Part shown: piece by piece, positions 19,077 through 29,253 of the stretch | How the letters are laid out: each line of letters begins with the position of its first letter | Position numbering within the stretch: position 1 is the stretch's first letter | Position numbers and translations under genes: made by a program | Notes under the pieces: model-generated | Seen by the model: only the letters and a program-made list of their open reading frames with translations | What the model was told of the DNA's origin: nothing | Databases searched by the model: none | NCBI GenBank assembly: GCA_050014075.1 | Contig: JBEKEA010000005.1 | Coordinates: 3,790-67,789, forward strand | Direction: 5' to 3' | Length of the DNA stretch: 64,000 bases | From: Sedimentisphaerales bacterium | GTDB lineage: Bacteria > Planctomycetota > Phycisphaerae > Sedimentisphaerales > UBA12454

Positions 19077-20806
19077 TACTACAGGACCCGGCCAGGGAAG
19101 AACATGCCGATAAATTCTTGTTTTTCCTTTTGATTGCCTTTGGTATTTATCAGGCAGTCATATACTGGGGACATCAGTTGGTTCCGCATTTTGATTTTTA
19201 CTGTTTTCCCAGTAGCGGTCGTCAGATATTATCCCTGCAGATACCCACGGATTACAAACGGACTCCGCTGGTGGGTATATTGCAGATTTGGCTGGGCCAT
19301 ATTACCGGCGGGACATATCCCGATTTTCATGGCGGCTGGCTGCTCAATTCTATTTCAAATATTTTGACTGCCGCATTGTTATGGCTGGCGGGAAGAAAAA
19401 TCATCGGCCGAAGCGCCATCTGGTTTGCCGTAATAGCGATGATCAATCCATTTGGAATCCAGATGCTCACCGAGTCCATCGCTGAGACGCCGATGCTGTT
19501 TTTTATCTGGATAACTTTATATCTTATATTTATCAGGTCAAAATGGGCTTATCTGTTTGCTTCGCTTACATCAATGGTCCGCTATGAGGGCGCTGTTCTT
19601 ATCGCATGTGCCTTTGTAATGGATATGATAGAAGGTAAAAATAAAAAAGAACGATGGTTGGCCTTCGGTTATTCTGCACTGGCATCGATTCCGATGGGGT
19701 TATGGATGCTCGGAACATTTAGCCAACAGTCGTTAGGCGCCACTCACTATATTAATATATTCAAAAAAGAGTACACATCGCAGTTTGTCGGAGGCGTGGA
19801 GAGCAGAACTGGTTTTATGATGAATGCCAATATATTATGGCAGACCGGGTTCTATCCGCTTTTTACTCCGTCTCTGCAGGCAAGCAGGACATTTTCGGAT
19901 ACTCTTACAATCATTAACCAGGTTCTTGTCGCGATAACTTTCTTTTTCGGCTCCATATACGGCCTTTATAAGCGTCAATGGAAGATACTGATTTTACTTA
20001 TTTTTATTGTGCCGTATTTCTGGGTTCACGCTAAATACCCTTATCCTATCCACAGATATTACGCGACTATTTTTGCGATAGTTATGCTGATTTGTATTTA
20101 CGGCTTGTGCAGCTTCTGGACATTGATAAGCAGCAAAATCAGATTGCCCAAAGCCGCTGTAATTATTGCGCAATTGGCTGTGATAATCATATCGCTTATG
20201 TGGGTTCTGACTTTATGGGGTTATCTGCCGCAGATGGCGCCAATGAGCAAGGACAGCGTTTCTCTGCCCTTTGTTACGATACTGGTTGTGTTTATGATAT
20301 TTGCCGCCGAGCTCTTTGTTAATAAAGGGAAACTGCTTACGAATCTTGTCATCCTGATGTTAATGATTCTGATGATTGTCTCAAATCAGTTTGTGATAGC
20401 AGATGTAGTCGGAAACGGTGAGCGCGACGTAGAATTCAAGTACCTGACCGACTGGTACAGTCAAAACGCTAAACCTGGCGAAAAGCTTGTATGCACCGTT
20501 CCGGGTATCCTCCAGATACTTGCGCCGCAATACAAAGATTGTTTTATTCATACCCAGACGTTTGACGCGAACAATCCAACGGACTTCGCTATAGAGTGCT
20601 ACAAGAAGAATATTACTTATGTGGCGTGGGACTCAAGAGTGGGACTTGTACCCAGCGACCAGTATTATAAATACTGGAAGATGTCCAACATCGCGCCTCT
20701 TGCCGCGGGCCGCGATATAGGACCGTATCAGTTTATTACGCAATTACGAGTTAACCAGAGACGTTATATTAATTTATACCGGCTCAGGCCTTTACCGAAC
20801 AAGTAA
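19034..20806 (+). CDS. Polytopic membrane protein, GT-C/ArnT-like
   Basis: More than 10 hydrophobic segments, loop motifs YKRTPL, ESIAETP, RYE, RYY; soluble C-terminal tail. Confidence 0.55.
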   Translation: MSDKRKNQKNDKLLILQDPAREEHADKFLFFLLIAFGIYQAVIYWGHQLVPHFDFYCFPSSGRQILSLQIPTDYKRTPLVGILQIWLGHITGGTYPDFHGGWLLNSISNILTAALLWLAGRKIIGRSAIWFAVIAMINPFGIQMLTESIAETPMLFFIWITLYLIFIRSKWAYLFASLTSMVRYEGAVLIACAFVMDMIEGKNKKERWLAFGYSALASIPMGLWMLGTFSQQSLGATHYINIFKKEYTSQFVGGVESRTGFMMNANILWQTGFYPLFTPSLQASRTFSDTLTIINQVLVAITFFFGSIYGLYKRQWKILILLIFIVPYFWVHAKYPYPIHRYYATIFAIVMLICIYGLCSFWTLISSKIRLPKAAVIIAQLAVIIISLMWVLTLWGYLPQMAPMSKDSVSLPFVTILVVFMIFAAELFVNKGKLLTNLVILMLMILMIVSNQFVIADVVGNGERDVEFKYLTDWYSQNAKPGEKLVCTVPGILQILAPQYKDCFIHTQTFDANNPTDFAIECYKKNITYVAWDSRVGLVPSDQYYKYWKMSNIAPLAAGRDIGPYQFITQLRVNQRRYINLYRLRPLPNK

Positions 20807-20846
20807 GTTTGTCTCATACCGAATTATCTTTTTGAGTAAAAAAATA

Positions 20847-20879
20847 GCCTTAAGTCTTTTAGCCTTTGAGACTAAGGCA
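20847..20879. terminator. Possible terminator hairpin
   Basis: GCCTTAAGTCT...AGACTAAGGC preceded by an A-run; long loop. Confidence 0.3.
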
Positions 20880-20885
20880 AATTGT

Positions 20886-20914
20886 TTGACTATCAAAGAG
20901 GATTGTGGTAAACA
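20886..20914 (+). promoter_or_regulatory. Candidate pheA promoter
   Basis: TTGACT-N17-TAAACA with extended TG. Confidence 0.35.
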
Positions 20915-21061
20915 TAACAGGTTTATAGGCTAATGTTTGCTTAAGACAAGGAATGGCACTGTTTTGTAAGACACGGATTAGCAAGGACTTACACTATTTT
21001 TGATTTTTCTCTGTGTTTTTTGCGGCTTTTAATAATCGATTAATTTTACGGCTGTATTTCT

Positions 21062-22129
21062 ATGAATCTTGAGGATTTACGTAAAAAGATTGACCAGATA
21101 GACTCAAAGCTTGTTGAGTTGTTAAATGAGCGTGCGCAGATAGTTATACAAATTGGCAAGCTCAAGGCCAACGGTCCGATTTACGCTCCTGACCGTGAAA
21201 AAGCGGTTCTGGCAAGGGTGGCACAGTTGAACAAAGGTCCTTTGCCCGACAAGACATTACTTGCTGTTTGGCGAGAGCTTATGAGCGGTTCTTTTTTTCT
21301 TGAGAGGCCGTTGCGAATTAGTTTTTTAGGTCCTGAAGGCAGCTTTACTCATACCGCGGCGATTCGCAAGTTCGGCCAAAGCGTTGAGTACGAACCGGTT
21401 ATGGATATTCGCGGAATATTCGATGAAGTCAGCAGGGGACATTGCGACCTCGGCGTTGTGCCGGTTGAAAACTCCGCCGGTGGCGGCGTTAGCGAAACGC
21501 TTGATGCGTTTGTCGATACGAATGTTCTTATCTGTGCAGAAGTTTTTATGCCGATACATCATAATCTTCTGGCAAACTGCGCCTTGAAGGAAGTCCAGAA
21601 AATTTATTCCAAACCGGAAGTTTTCGCCCAGTGCCGCCAATGGCTCAGCACGACTTTTAAGGAAGCCAATACTATAGCCGTTGCCTCAACCGCGAAAGCT
21701 GCACAAATGGCGGCTGAAGAAAAGTTTGCTGCCGCGATTGGTTCGGATATCGCAGCGGAACTTTATGGATTAAAAATAATATGTGAGAATATCGAAGATA
21801 TATCAAATAATGTAACGAGATTTTTAATAATCAGCAAAGAAGATGCAAGACCGACCGGCGAAGACAAGACCTCAATATTGTTCAGCACCGCTCACAAGGC
21901 AGGCGCTTTGGCCGATGTGCTGGATGTATTCAAGAAAAGCCAGGTCAATCTTACCAATATAGAATCCCGGCCGAGCAAAAAAAGGCAGCGCGAATATTAT
22001 TTCTTTGTCGATTGCCAGGGACATCGAAAAGATGAAAAACTTATCGCCTGCCTGGAAGAAATAAAACAACACTGCATGCAGCTTTCAGTGCTGGGCAGTT
22101 ATCCGAAAAGCGATACCTTGCTGGAATAA
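21062..22129 (+). CDS. pheA: Chorismate mutase / prephenate dehydratase
   Basis: LRKKIDQID..L..LLNERA, FLGPEGSFT, VPVENS, TRF, LTNIESRPS ACT domain. Confidence 0.97.
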   Translation: MNLEDLRKKIDQIDSKLVELLNERAQIVIQIGKLKANGPIYAPDREKAVLARVAQLNKGPLPDKTLLAVWRELMSGSFFLERPLRISFLGPEGSFTHTAAIRKFGQSVEYEPVMDIRGIFDEVSRGHCDLGVVPVENSAGGGVSETLDAFVDTNVLICAEVFMPIHHNLLANCALKEVQKIYSKPEVFAQCRQWLSTTFKEANTIAVASTAKAAQMAAEEKFAAAIGSDIAAELYGLKIICENIEDISNNVTRFLIISKEDARPTGEDKTSILFSTAHKAGALADVLDVFKKSQVNLTNIESRPSKKRQREYYFFVDCQGHRKDEKLIACLEEIKQHCMQLSVLGSYPKSDTLLE

Positions 22130-22148
22130 TTTTCTGGAGATGATTATA

Positions 22149-22916
22149 ATGAGAAAACCGTTCATAGGCGGCAACTGGAAGATGAATACCGACGGCAAAA
22201 GCGCTGTCGAGCTGGCAAAAAGCGTTGCTCAGAAATGCGAGCAATTCCTTTCGAAGGTTGACGTTTCTGTTTGTCCGCCGTTTGTATATCTTTCGGCAGT
22301 GAAAAACGCTCTCGGCTCTTCGACTATAGGCCTTGGTGCACAGGATGTTTATTTTGAGGCGAAAGGCGCTTTTACAGGCGAAGTCAGCTGCCAGATGCTT
22401 AAGGATGTCGGATGTAAATATGTAATAATCGGTCATTCGGAAAGACGGCACGTTATTAAAGAAACCGATGCACTTATCAATAAAAAACTCATCGCGGCAA
22501 TAGATGCCGGACTGCTGCCGATATTCTGTGTCGGCGAGCTTCTCGAAGAACGAAAAGCTGGAAAAACCGAAAGCGTAGTCAAAGAGCAAATCCAAAAAGG
22601 TATGGCCGGCATAACCGCGGAAAAAGCGAAGGCGATTACAATCGCTTATGAGCCTGTCTGGGCAATCGGGACCGGCCTTAACGCCACGCCGCAGCAGGCA
22701 CAGGAAGTTCATTTAATGATTCGACAGCTTATCGCTGTTATGTATAATAAAGAGCTTGCCGAGCAGATAATAATTCAGTATGGCGGTTCGGTAAAGGCGG
22801 ATAACGCCGCTGAATTGGCCGGACAACCGGATGTTGACGGTTTTCTGGTTGGCGGGGCAAGCCTTAAAGCTGATGATTTCGCTGCGATTGTAAAAGCGGC
22901 TGCAGAAAAAAAATAG
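22149..22916 (+). CDS. tpiA: Triosephosphate isomerase
   Basis: GGNWKMN, IIGHSERR, AYEPVWAIGTG, YGGSVK, GFLVGGASL. Confidence 0.98.
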   Translation: MRKPFIGGNWKMNTDGKSAVELAKSVAQKCEQFLSKVDVSVCPPFVYLSAVKNALGSSTIGLGAQDVYFEAKGAFTGEVSCQMLKDVGCKYVIIGHSERRHVIKETDALINKKLIAAIDAGLLPIFCVGELLEERKAGKTESVVKEQIQKGMAGITAEKAKAITIAYEPVWAIGTGLNATPQQAQEVHLMIRQLIAVMYNKELAEQIIIQYGGSVKADNAAELAGQPDVDGFLVGGASLKADDFAAIVKAAAEKK

Positions 22917-22971
22917 CTGTTAAAACGTAAAAAAAATATAAAAACGAAATTTAATTTTTCAGGAAAAATAT

Positions 22972-23361
22972 ATGATGAATTTTGTTTTAGCGACAGTACC
23001 GTTTGTGATGAAAGTTGTAGTTGGTATCTGGGTAATTGCGGCGGTGATTCTGGTTCTTATTGTTTTGATACAAAAGGGCAGGGGCGGCGGTCTTAGCAGC
23101 ACGTTTGGCGGATTGAGCAGTTCGCTGCTGGGAACAAAGACCGGAGATTTTCTCACATGGGTTACAATTAGCGTAGTGGCATTATGGCTATTGTTGAGCG
23201 TTGTCGCGGCCAAATGGTTTAAACCGGAGGCCAGCGAATTACTGCAGGGTCAGCGGCAAATGCAATCGGCGCCGGCTCGGCAGCAGACGCCTGCGATGCC
23301 GCCGGCTCAGACCCAGCAAAGCAGTCAGACCACAGAATCCAATATGCCGGCAACTAAATAA
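22972..23361 (+). CDS. secG: Preprotein translocase subunit SecG
   Basis: VLIQKGRGGGLSSTFGG between two TM helices; follows tpiA. Confidence 0.9.
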   Translation: MMNFVLATVPFVMKVVVGIWVIAAVILVLIVLIQKGRGGGLSSTFGGLSSSLLGTKTGDFLTWVTISVVALWLLLSVVAAKWFKPEASELLQGQRQMQSAPARQQTPAMPPAQTQQSSQTTESNMPATK

Positions 23362-23372
23362 AGGTACGAAAT

Positions 23373-24257
23373 ATGTTAAACAGTATGACAGGATTTGCGC
23401 GTGTGTGCCGTGATATAGACGGCATAAGCTTTGCAGTCGAGATAAAAACGGTTAATAACCGGTATTTCAAGCCGAGCATCAGGCTGCCGGAGACAGCGTC
23501 GTTCCTTGAACAGGACGTTGAAAAACTTTTACGGCAGAATATCTATCGCGGCGCGGTTAATTATCTTCTTCGGTATAAAAATGTCAGCGGCGAACCGATG
23601 TACGAGATAGATTCGGCCTCCCTGAAGAGTTATGTGGAGAAGTTGAATGGTATTCAACACAGCGGTGCCATTCAATGTAATATTAATCTTGCCGACTTGT
23701 TGCTGTTGCCGGGGGTTGTAAGGCCGCAGGAGCCGGAAAATGAAAAGGCCGAGCAGATTCGCAAGGCGGTTTTTAATGTAACCAGCCAGGCTATCGAACA
23801 GCTTAAAAAAATGCGGGCGCAGGAAGGCCAATCGCTTTTCGATGACCTTAAGCAGCAATGCAGCAGGATAAGCGGGCTTATTGAAGGTATAAAATCGCGA
23901 GGCTCAATTGTTGTCAGCGAATATCAGAGCAGGCTCGCCTCGCGCGTCAAAGAGCTGCTTGCCAATGCTCGTCTCGAGCTTGACAGCGATACGCTTGTCA
24001 GAGAAGTAGCGCTGTTTGCCGATAGGAGCGATATAAGCGAAGAAATTATCAGGCTCGGTTCGCATATTGAACAGTTCCTTGCAAATTGTCAGACGGGTGA
24101 ATATTCCGGAAGAAGGCTTGATTTCATATCGCAGGAAATGCTGCGGGAGGCTAATACCATAGCGAGCAAGGCCTCGGATGCGAAAATATGCAATGATGTG
24201 GTTGAGATAAAATCATGTATTGAGCGAATCAAGGAACAGGTGCAGAATATTGAATAG
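23373..24257 (+). CDS. yicC: YicC/YloC family endoribonuclease
   Basis: SMTGFAR, EIKTVNNRY, DISEEIIRL.SH, GRRLDFISQEMLREANTIASK, EQVQNIE. Confidence 0.95.
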   Translation: MLNSMTGFARVCRDIDGISFAVEIKTVNNRYFKPSIRLPETASFLEQDVEKLLRQNIYRGAVNYLLRYKNVSGEPMYEIDSASLKSYVEKLNGIQHSGAIQCNINLADLLLLPGVVRPQEPENEKAEQIRKAVFNVTSQAIEQLKKMRAQEGQSLFDDLKQQCSRISGLIEGIKSRGSIVVSEYQSRLASRVKELLANARLELDSDTLVREVALFADRSDISEEIIRLGSHIEQFLANCQTGEYSGRRLDFISQEMLREANTIASKASDAKICNDVVEIKSCIERIKEQVQNIE

Positions 24258-24837
24258 TCAAAATCAAAATTCTGTAAAAGGTCGGATAATTATTATAAGC
24301 GGACCAAGCGGAGTAGGCAAAAGCACTATCTGCAGGCAGCTCGTCAAGCGGCTTGATAATATTTATTTGAGCGTATCGACAACGGCGCGCGAGAAAAAAA
24401 ACGGCGAACGGGACGGCAAAGAATACCATTTTATCAGCAGGGATGAGTTTGAAAGACAGATAAAGGCCGGAAATTTTATTGAATATGCCCAGGTGTTTGG
24501 GAATCTTTATGGAACGCCAAAAGACAAACTCGAGCAGGCTCTTAAGCAGGGCAAAACGGCAATACTTGAAATTGATGTTCAGGGAGCACAAAACGTAAAA
24601 AAGCTGTATCCTGAAGCGAAACTGATTTTCGTTATGCCGCCAAAACATGCAGAGCTGCAAAAACGTATAGACACTCGAGGAAGAGACGACCAGGGAGATA
24701 TTGAAAAGAGACTTCAGGGAGCAGGCCTGGAAATAGCTGCAGGATGGCAGCATTACGAATATATCGTTATTAATGATGATTTAGAGCAGGCGGTAGAAGA
24801 AATCGCAGGAATAATAAAAAAAATTACTGGAGAATAA
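24250..24837 (+). CDS. gmk: Guanylate kinase
   Basis: SGPSGVGKST, SVSTTAR, DGKEYHF, YGTP, EIDVQGA; TTG start overlapping the yicC end. Confidence 0.95.
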   Translation: MNSQNQNSVKGRIIIISGPSGVGKSTICRQLVKRLDNIYLSVSTTAREKKNGERDGKEYHFISRDEFERQIKAGNFIEYAQVFGNLYGTPKDKLEQALKQGKTAILEIDVQGAQNVKKLYPEAKLIFVMPPKHAELQKRIDTRGRDDQGDIEKRLQGAGLEIAAGWQHYEYIVINDDLEQAVEEIAGIIKKITGE

Positions 24838-24839
24838 AT

Positions 24840-25070
24840 ATGATAGATGAGTTAAAAAACAGGCAAATTTTCGAGAAAGTCGGAGGAGCTTTCAAGGTGT
24901 CAGCTCTTATTCAAAAAAGAGTTGTTGAGCTTATGGAAGGTTCCAGACCTCTTATCGAAAACACGGAAGGCAAGACGATGATTGAAATTGTTGTCGAAGA
25001 AATTATGCAGGATAAGATTACGCCGGACTACAGTCCTGATCCGCAGAAGGTTGAAATACCGAAACTATAG
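24840..25070 (+). CDS. rpoZ: RNA polymerase omega subunit
   Basis: Small ORF after gmk; KVGGAFKVSALIQKRVVEL..PL..EI..EI. Confidence 0.8.
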   Translation: MIDELKNRQIFEKVGGAFKVSALIQKRVVELMEGSRPLIENTEGKTMIEIVVEEIMQDKITPDYSPDPQKVEIPKL

Positions 25071-25081
25071 GTATCGAAGCG

Positions 25082-25648
25082 ATGGCTAAGAAAGAATCTT
25101 CAATATCCGGGTTAAATGTTCTGCTGGGAGTAAGCGGCGGCGTTGCAGCGTATAAAGCAGTTGACCTTGCCAGCAAACTTACAGCGGCAGGTGCTCTTGT
25201 GGATACCGTTATGACGGAAAGTGCCTGTAAGTTTATTGTGCCCAGGAGTTTTGAGGCGGTAACAGGCCGAGCCGTTTACACAAGTATGTGGGAAAACCCG
25301 GCCGGATACGAAATCGAACATATAAGTCTTGCCGACAGAGCCGGTATAGTTGTTGTCGCGCCTGCCACAGCAAATATCATCGGTAAAGTCGCCAACGGTA
25401 TATGCGATGAGTTGCTTAGCACGACGTTATGTGCCTGCTGGCAAAAAAAAGTTTTATTTGCGCCGGCGATGAACGAAAAAATGTGGCTCAATCCCGCCGT
25501 TCAGTGGAACGTCAAGACATTGAATGAAATGGGCTTTGAAATAATCGGACCAGAAAAAGGCAGACTTGCCTGTGGTACAGAAGGTATCGGCAGAATGGCC
25601 GAAGTCAGTGATATAATCGAACGAATCCAGAAAATGGCTAAAAAGTAA
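25082..25648 (+). CDS. coaC: Phosphopantothenoylcysteine decarboxylase (CoaC domain only)
   Basis: GVSGGVAAYKA, HISLA, VAPATANII.K.A.GI.D, APAMN..MW, GRLACG..G.GRM. Confidence 0.9.
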   Translation: MAKKESSISGLNVLLGVSGGVAAYKAVDLASKLTAAGALVDTVMTESACKFIVPRSFEAVTGRAVYTSMWENPAGYEIEHISLADRAGIVVVAPATANIIGKVANGICDELLSTTLCACWQKKVLFAPAMNEKMWLNPAVQWNVKTLNEMGFEIIGPEKGRLACGTEGIGRMAEVSDIIERIQKMAKK

Positions 25649-25664
25649 ACCGGCCTGTTAATTA

Positions 25665-26291
25665 ATGAAATCAAATCGGATGCATTTGGTGATTACCGCG
25701 GGGGGGACAAGAGAATATATTGACCCTGTTCGTTTTATTTCCAACGCAAGCAGCGGCAAAATGGGCTTTGCACTGGCCAAGGCAGCAAAAGAAGCAGGCC
25801 ATAAAGTAACATTAATATCAGCGGTAAAGGATTTAAAATTTAAAACTATAAATGTCGAAACTGCTGAGCAGATGTTTTATGCGGTAAAGAAATATTTTAA
25901 TAAATGTGATTGTTTAATAATGGCTGCCGCGGTATCAGATTACACTCCAGTTAAAAAATTTAAAACCAAAATCAAAAAATCTGATAAAAATCTGATAATT
26001 AAATTAAAACCGACGATTGATATTCTTAAATGGGCGGGAAAGAACAAAAAGAAAAATCAAGTCGTTGTTGGTTTTGCACTTGAAGATAAAAACCTGCGAA
26101 GAAACGCTGAAAAGAAATTAAAAGATAAAAATCTTGATATGATAATCGCAAACACCCCTTTGGCAATAGGCGCAAAAAAGTCAGCAGTTCATATTAAACA
26201 AAAAAATCAGCCTTGGCTCAGCCTTCAAAAAGCAGACAAATCATTCATAGCAAAAAAGATTATCAGTCTTTTATGCCAAGGTCTTCTTTAG
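25665..26291 (+). CDS. coaB: Phosphopantothenate-cysteine ligase (CoaB domain only)
   Basis: ITAGGTREYIDPVRFISNASSGKMG, MAAAVSDY, VGFALE, KL..K.LDMIIAN. Confidence 0.9.
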   Translation: MKSNRMHLVITAGGTREYIDPVRFISNASSGKMGFALAKAAKEAGHKVTLISAVKDLKFKTINVETAEQMFYAVKKYFNKCDCLIMAAAVSDYTPVKKFKTKIKKSDKNLIIKLKPTIDILKWAGKNKKKNQVVVGFALEDKNLRRNAEKKLKDKNLDMIIANTPLAIGAKKSAVHIKQKNQPWLSLQKADKSFIAKKIISLLCQGLL

Positions 26292-26787
26292 TTAAAATGC
26301 TTTCGAATTTGTAACCCGCATTTGTTATGTTTTCACCCGCCCCTTGTTTGCGGTCAATAACTGCGACAATTTTTTTTACTTTCGCGCCGGCTTCGGCAAT
26401 AATCTTTGCCGCCTCAAGAACCTGACCCCCGGTTGTTGCGATATCTTCAACAAGCAATACAACATCATCTTTTTTCAAAACGCCTTCAATCATTTTGCTG
26501 GTGCCGTAGTCTTTTTTGCTATTGCGAACGATTATCCATCTTTTCCCGCTCGCCATCGCTGTCGCCGCCGCCAGGGCAACTCCGCCAAGCTCGGCGCCTG
26601 CAATCAGCGTTACATCGCTGGTTAGATATTTTGCAAATTCCGCTCCAAGTGCCTTCAAAATATCCGGCTGGGTCTCAAAAAGATATTTATCCAGGTAGTA
26701 TTTGCTTTTCTTCCCGCTGCGAAGAGTAAAATCGCCTTCCAGATATGCAGTTTCTTTAACTCTTTTGGCTAATTCCTGTTTTGTCAT
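26263..26787 (-). CDS. pyrE: Orotate phosphoribosyltransferase
   Basis: GDFTLRSGKKSKYYLDK, GAELGG, LLVEDIATTGG. Confidence 0.93.
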   Translation of the reverse strand: MTKQELAKRVKETAYLEGDFTLRSGKKSKYYLDKYLFETQPDILKALGAEFAKYLTSDVTLIAGAELGGVALAAATAMASGKRWIIVRNSKKDYGTSKMIEGVLKKDDVVLLVEDIATTGGQVLEAAKIIAEAGAKVKKIVAVIDRKQGAGENITNAGYKFESILTKEDLGIKD

Positions 26788-28214
26788 ACTTTCAATTCAA
26801 CCTTTCTATTTAATCCTTTTTGGTATCGGCGGCGAATTGGATTTACGTATTCTTTTATAAAATCATCGACCTGTTGCGGCGCTCTGCCGACATAATCGCT
26901 GGCGTTTAGAACTTTTTTGAAGTCCACTTTCGCAAAAGCCGAATCGTTTTTCAATCGTTCAATCAAATCATTTGGTTTACCGAATTTTTTGACTTGTTCC
27001 GCGGCAGCGTGTGAATGAACTCTGATTCTTTCGTGAATTTTTTGTCTGTTTCCTCCGGCTTTGACCGCAGCCATCAAAATATTTTCTGTCGCCATAAATG
27101 GCAATTCAGAATCAATTCTGGCGGCGATAACTTTCGGATAAACCGCAAGGCCGCTCGTTACGTTAATCAGTATTTCAAGAATACCGTCAGCGGCAAGGAA
27201 TGCTTCCGGTATTACTATCCGCCGATTTGATGAATCATCGAGAGTTCTTTCAAGCCACTGTTCGGCAGCGGTCATCTGCGGACTGGTCGAAAGACTAATT
27301 AAAAATCTTGCCAAACCGGTAACCCGTTCACATCGCATCGGGTTTCTCTTGTAAGCCATTGCACTTGAGCCTACCTGAGATTTTTCAAATGGCTCTTCGA
27401 TTTCCTTTAAATTTGCAAGCAAACGAATATCGTTGCAGATTTTGTGCGCTGATAATGCGATTTGCACAAGCGTATTTATTATCAGCGAATCTATTTTTCG
27501 CGAATATGTCTGGCCCGTTACAGGGCAAACCTTATCGAAGCCGAAAGCCTTTGCGACCATTTTATCCAGTTGTTTGACCTTATTGTGATTGCCGCCGAAA
27601 AGTTCAAGAAACGAAGCCTGCGTTCCGGTAGTGCCTTTTATGCCTCTAAAAGGTATATTTTCTATTCGATACTCAATTTCAGCCAAGTCGCAGGCAAAAT
27701 CATTACACCACAGCGTCGCGCGTTTGCCGACAGTTGTTAACTGTGCCGGCTGAAAATGTGTAAACCCCAGCGTCGGCATAGAACGATATTTTTTCGCGAA
27801 CTCAGATAAAGAATTAATAAGACAGGCAAGTTTGCCCGCGATAATTTCCAAACCCTGCCGCATAATAATCAAATCCGCATTATCGCCGATAGAGCAGCTT
27901 GTCGCGCCGAGATGAATTATCGGCGCCGCTTTCGGAGCCTTCTGGCCGAATGCGTGAATGTGAGCCATCGCATCGTGCCGGAATTTTTTCTCATATTCAG
28001 CGGCCTTGTCAAAATTTATATCGTCGAGATGTTTTGCCATCTGGCTGATTTGCCCCTGAGAGATTTTCAGACCGAGTTTCTTTTCAGCCTTTGCAAGTTC
28101 CAGCCAGATTCTCCGCCAAGTTGAAAATTTCTTCTGCTCTCCAAAAAGTTCCGCCATTTCCTTTGATGCGTTCCGTTCCACCAGCGGCGAGTTGTAAATA
28201 TTGTGATTTTTCAT
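26784..28214 (-). CDS. purB: Adenylosuccinate lyase
   Basis: HDAMAH, IHLGATS, GFTHFQPAQ, GSSAMAYKRNPMRCER. Confidence 0.96.
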   Translation of the reverse strand: MKNHNIYNSPLVERNASKEMAELFGEQKKFSTWRRIWLELAKAEKKLGLKISQGQISQMAKHLDDINFDKAAEYEKKFRHDAMAHIHAFGQKAPKAAPIIHLGATSCSIGDNADLIIMRQGLEIIAGKLACLINSLSEFAKKYRSMPTLGFTHFQPAQLTTVGKRATLWCNDFACDLAEIEYRIENIPFRGIKGTTGTQASFLELFGGNHNKVKQLDKMVAKAFGFDKVCPVTGQTYSRKIDSLIINTLVQIALSAHKICNDIRLLANLKEIEEPFEKSQVGSSAMAYKRNPMRCERVTGLARFLISLSTSPQMTAAEQWLERTLDDSSNRRIVIPEAFLAADGILEILINVTSGLAVYPKVIAARIDSELPFMATENILMAAVKAGGNRQKIHERIRVHSHAAAEQVKKFGKPNDLIERLKNDSAFAKVDFKKVLNASDYVGRAPQQVDDFIKEYVNPIRRRYQKGLNRKVELKV

Positions 28215-29176
28215 TTTAACATCCTGTTTCGCTGTTTTAATATCTCTTCGATTTCATTTATATCATCATTTGATAACGTTATATCCGCCCCCGGTGCCGT
28301 TTCCTTAATTTGTCCTTGCTTACGTGCTCCAGCGATTGCAGCCGTTACTTCAGGATTTCGTATTGCCCATGCTATCGCAAGCTGAGCCAAAGTTATTTTA
28401 TTTCGCTTTGCGATTTGTTTTAATTTTTCGTTAGTGTTAAGATTGATTTCCAGATTCGGCATCTTGTAGTCGGCGCCCTTCTTCCGAACATCGTCAGGCG
28501 GAAGAGAGGCAGCCTTTGCTTTCGTGAACGTATCGGTCAGCAAACCTTTATAGAGCGGACTGTAAACAATCACACCGATATTATTTTTTTTGCAGAAAGG
28601 CAGAATATCATTTTCGATATCGCGCCTGAACATACTATACGGCGGCTGAAGCGAAGTAAGCGGATGAATTTTCATAACACGCTGCAGCTGTTCGACCGTA
28701 TAATTTGATGCGCCCAGATACCTGACTTTTCCTGCCTTGACGCATTTGGCCATTGCTCCGTAAGCCTCTTCAAAATCCTCTTCCGGCTCCGGCCAGTGCA
28801 TCTGGTAGAGGTCGATTACTTCCACGCCGAGCCGTTTCAAAGAAGCGTCGCACTCCGCGAGAATGCTTTTCGCCTTGAGGCAGGGAACTCTTTCATTTTT
28901 TTCGTTCCAGACAAGCCCGCACTTTGTAAAGATAAGCGGCTTTTTTGAAATCCCTTTGAGTGCTTTGCCGACAATTTCCTCGCTGTGCCCGCAGCCGTAA
29001 ACAGGTGCGGTATCCAGCCAGTTAACTCCCGCTTCGAGCGATTCGCCGATTGCCTTAATAGAATCGTTATCGTCCTGCGGCCCCCAGCCGAATTCCCACG
29101 GTCCGCCGATTGCCCATGTGCCCAGACCGACCTTTGTTATCAGAAGGTCAGAATTGCCAAGTTTTGCTTTTTTCAT
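28211..29176 (-). CDS. Aldo/keto reductase
   Basis: VGLGTWAIGG, DTAPVYG, IFTKCG, SLKRLGVEVIDLYQMHWP, GASNY, YSPL. Confidence 0.93.
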   Translation of the reverse strand: MKKAKLGNSDLLITKVGLGTWAIGGPWEFGWGPQDDNDSIKAIGESLEAGVNWLDTAPVYGCGHSEEIVGKALKGISKKPLIFTKCGLVWNEKNERVPCLKAKSILAECDASLKRLGVEVIDLYQMHWPEPEEDFEEAYGAMAKCVKAGKVRYLGASNYTVEQLQRVMKIHPLTSLQPPYSMFRRDIENDILPFCKKNNIGVIVYSPLYKGLLTDTFTKAKAASLPPDDVRKKGADYKMPNLEINLNTNEKLKQIAKRNKITLAQLAIAWAIRNPEVTAAIAGARKQGQIKETAPGADITLSNDDINEIEEILKQRNRMLK

Positions 29177-29253
29177 TTTTTTATATCCTATATCGCACTG
29201 ATTAGTTTATCATATACCCCCATAGCAGGAAAGTATTTTTTAAAGGTGCGGAT

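Noticed and set aside
20952-21002. Possible pheA leader peptide MALFCKTRISKDLHYF
   Set aside because: Only two scattered Phe codons, AGGA abuts the ATG, and no convincing terminator/antiterminator pair
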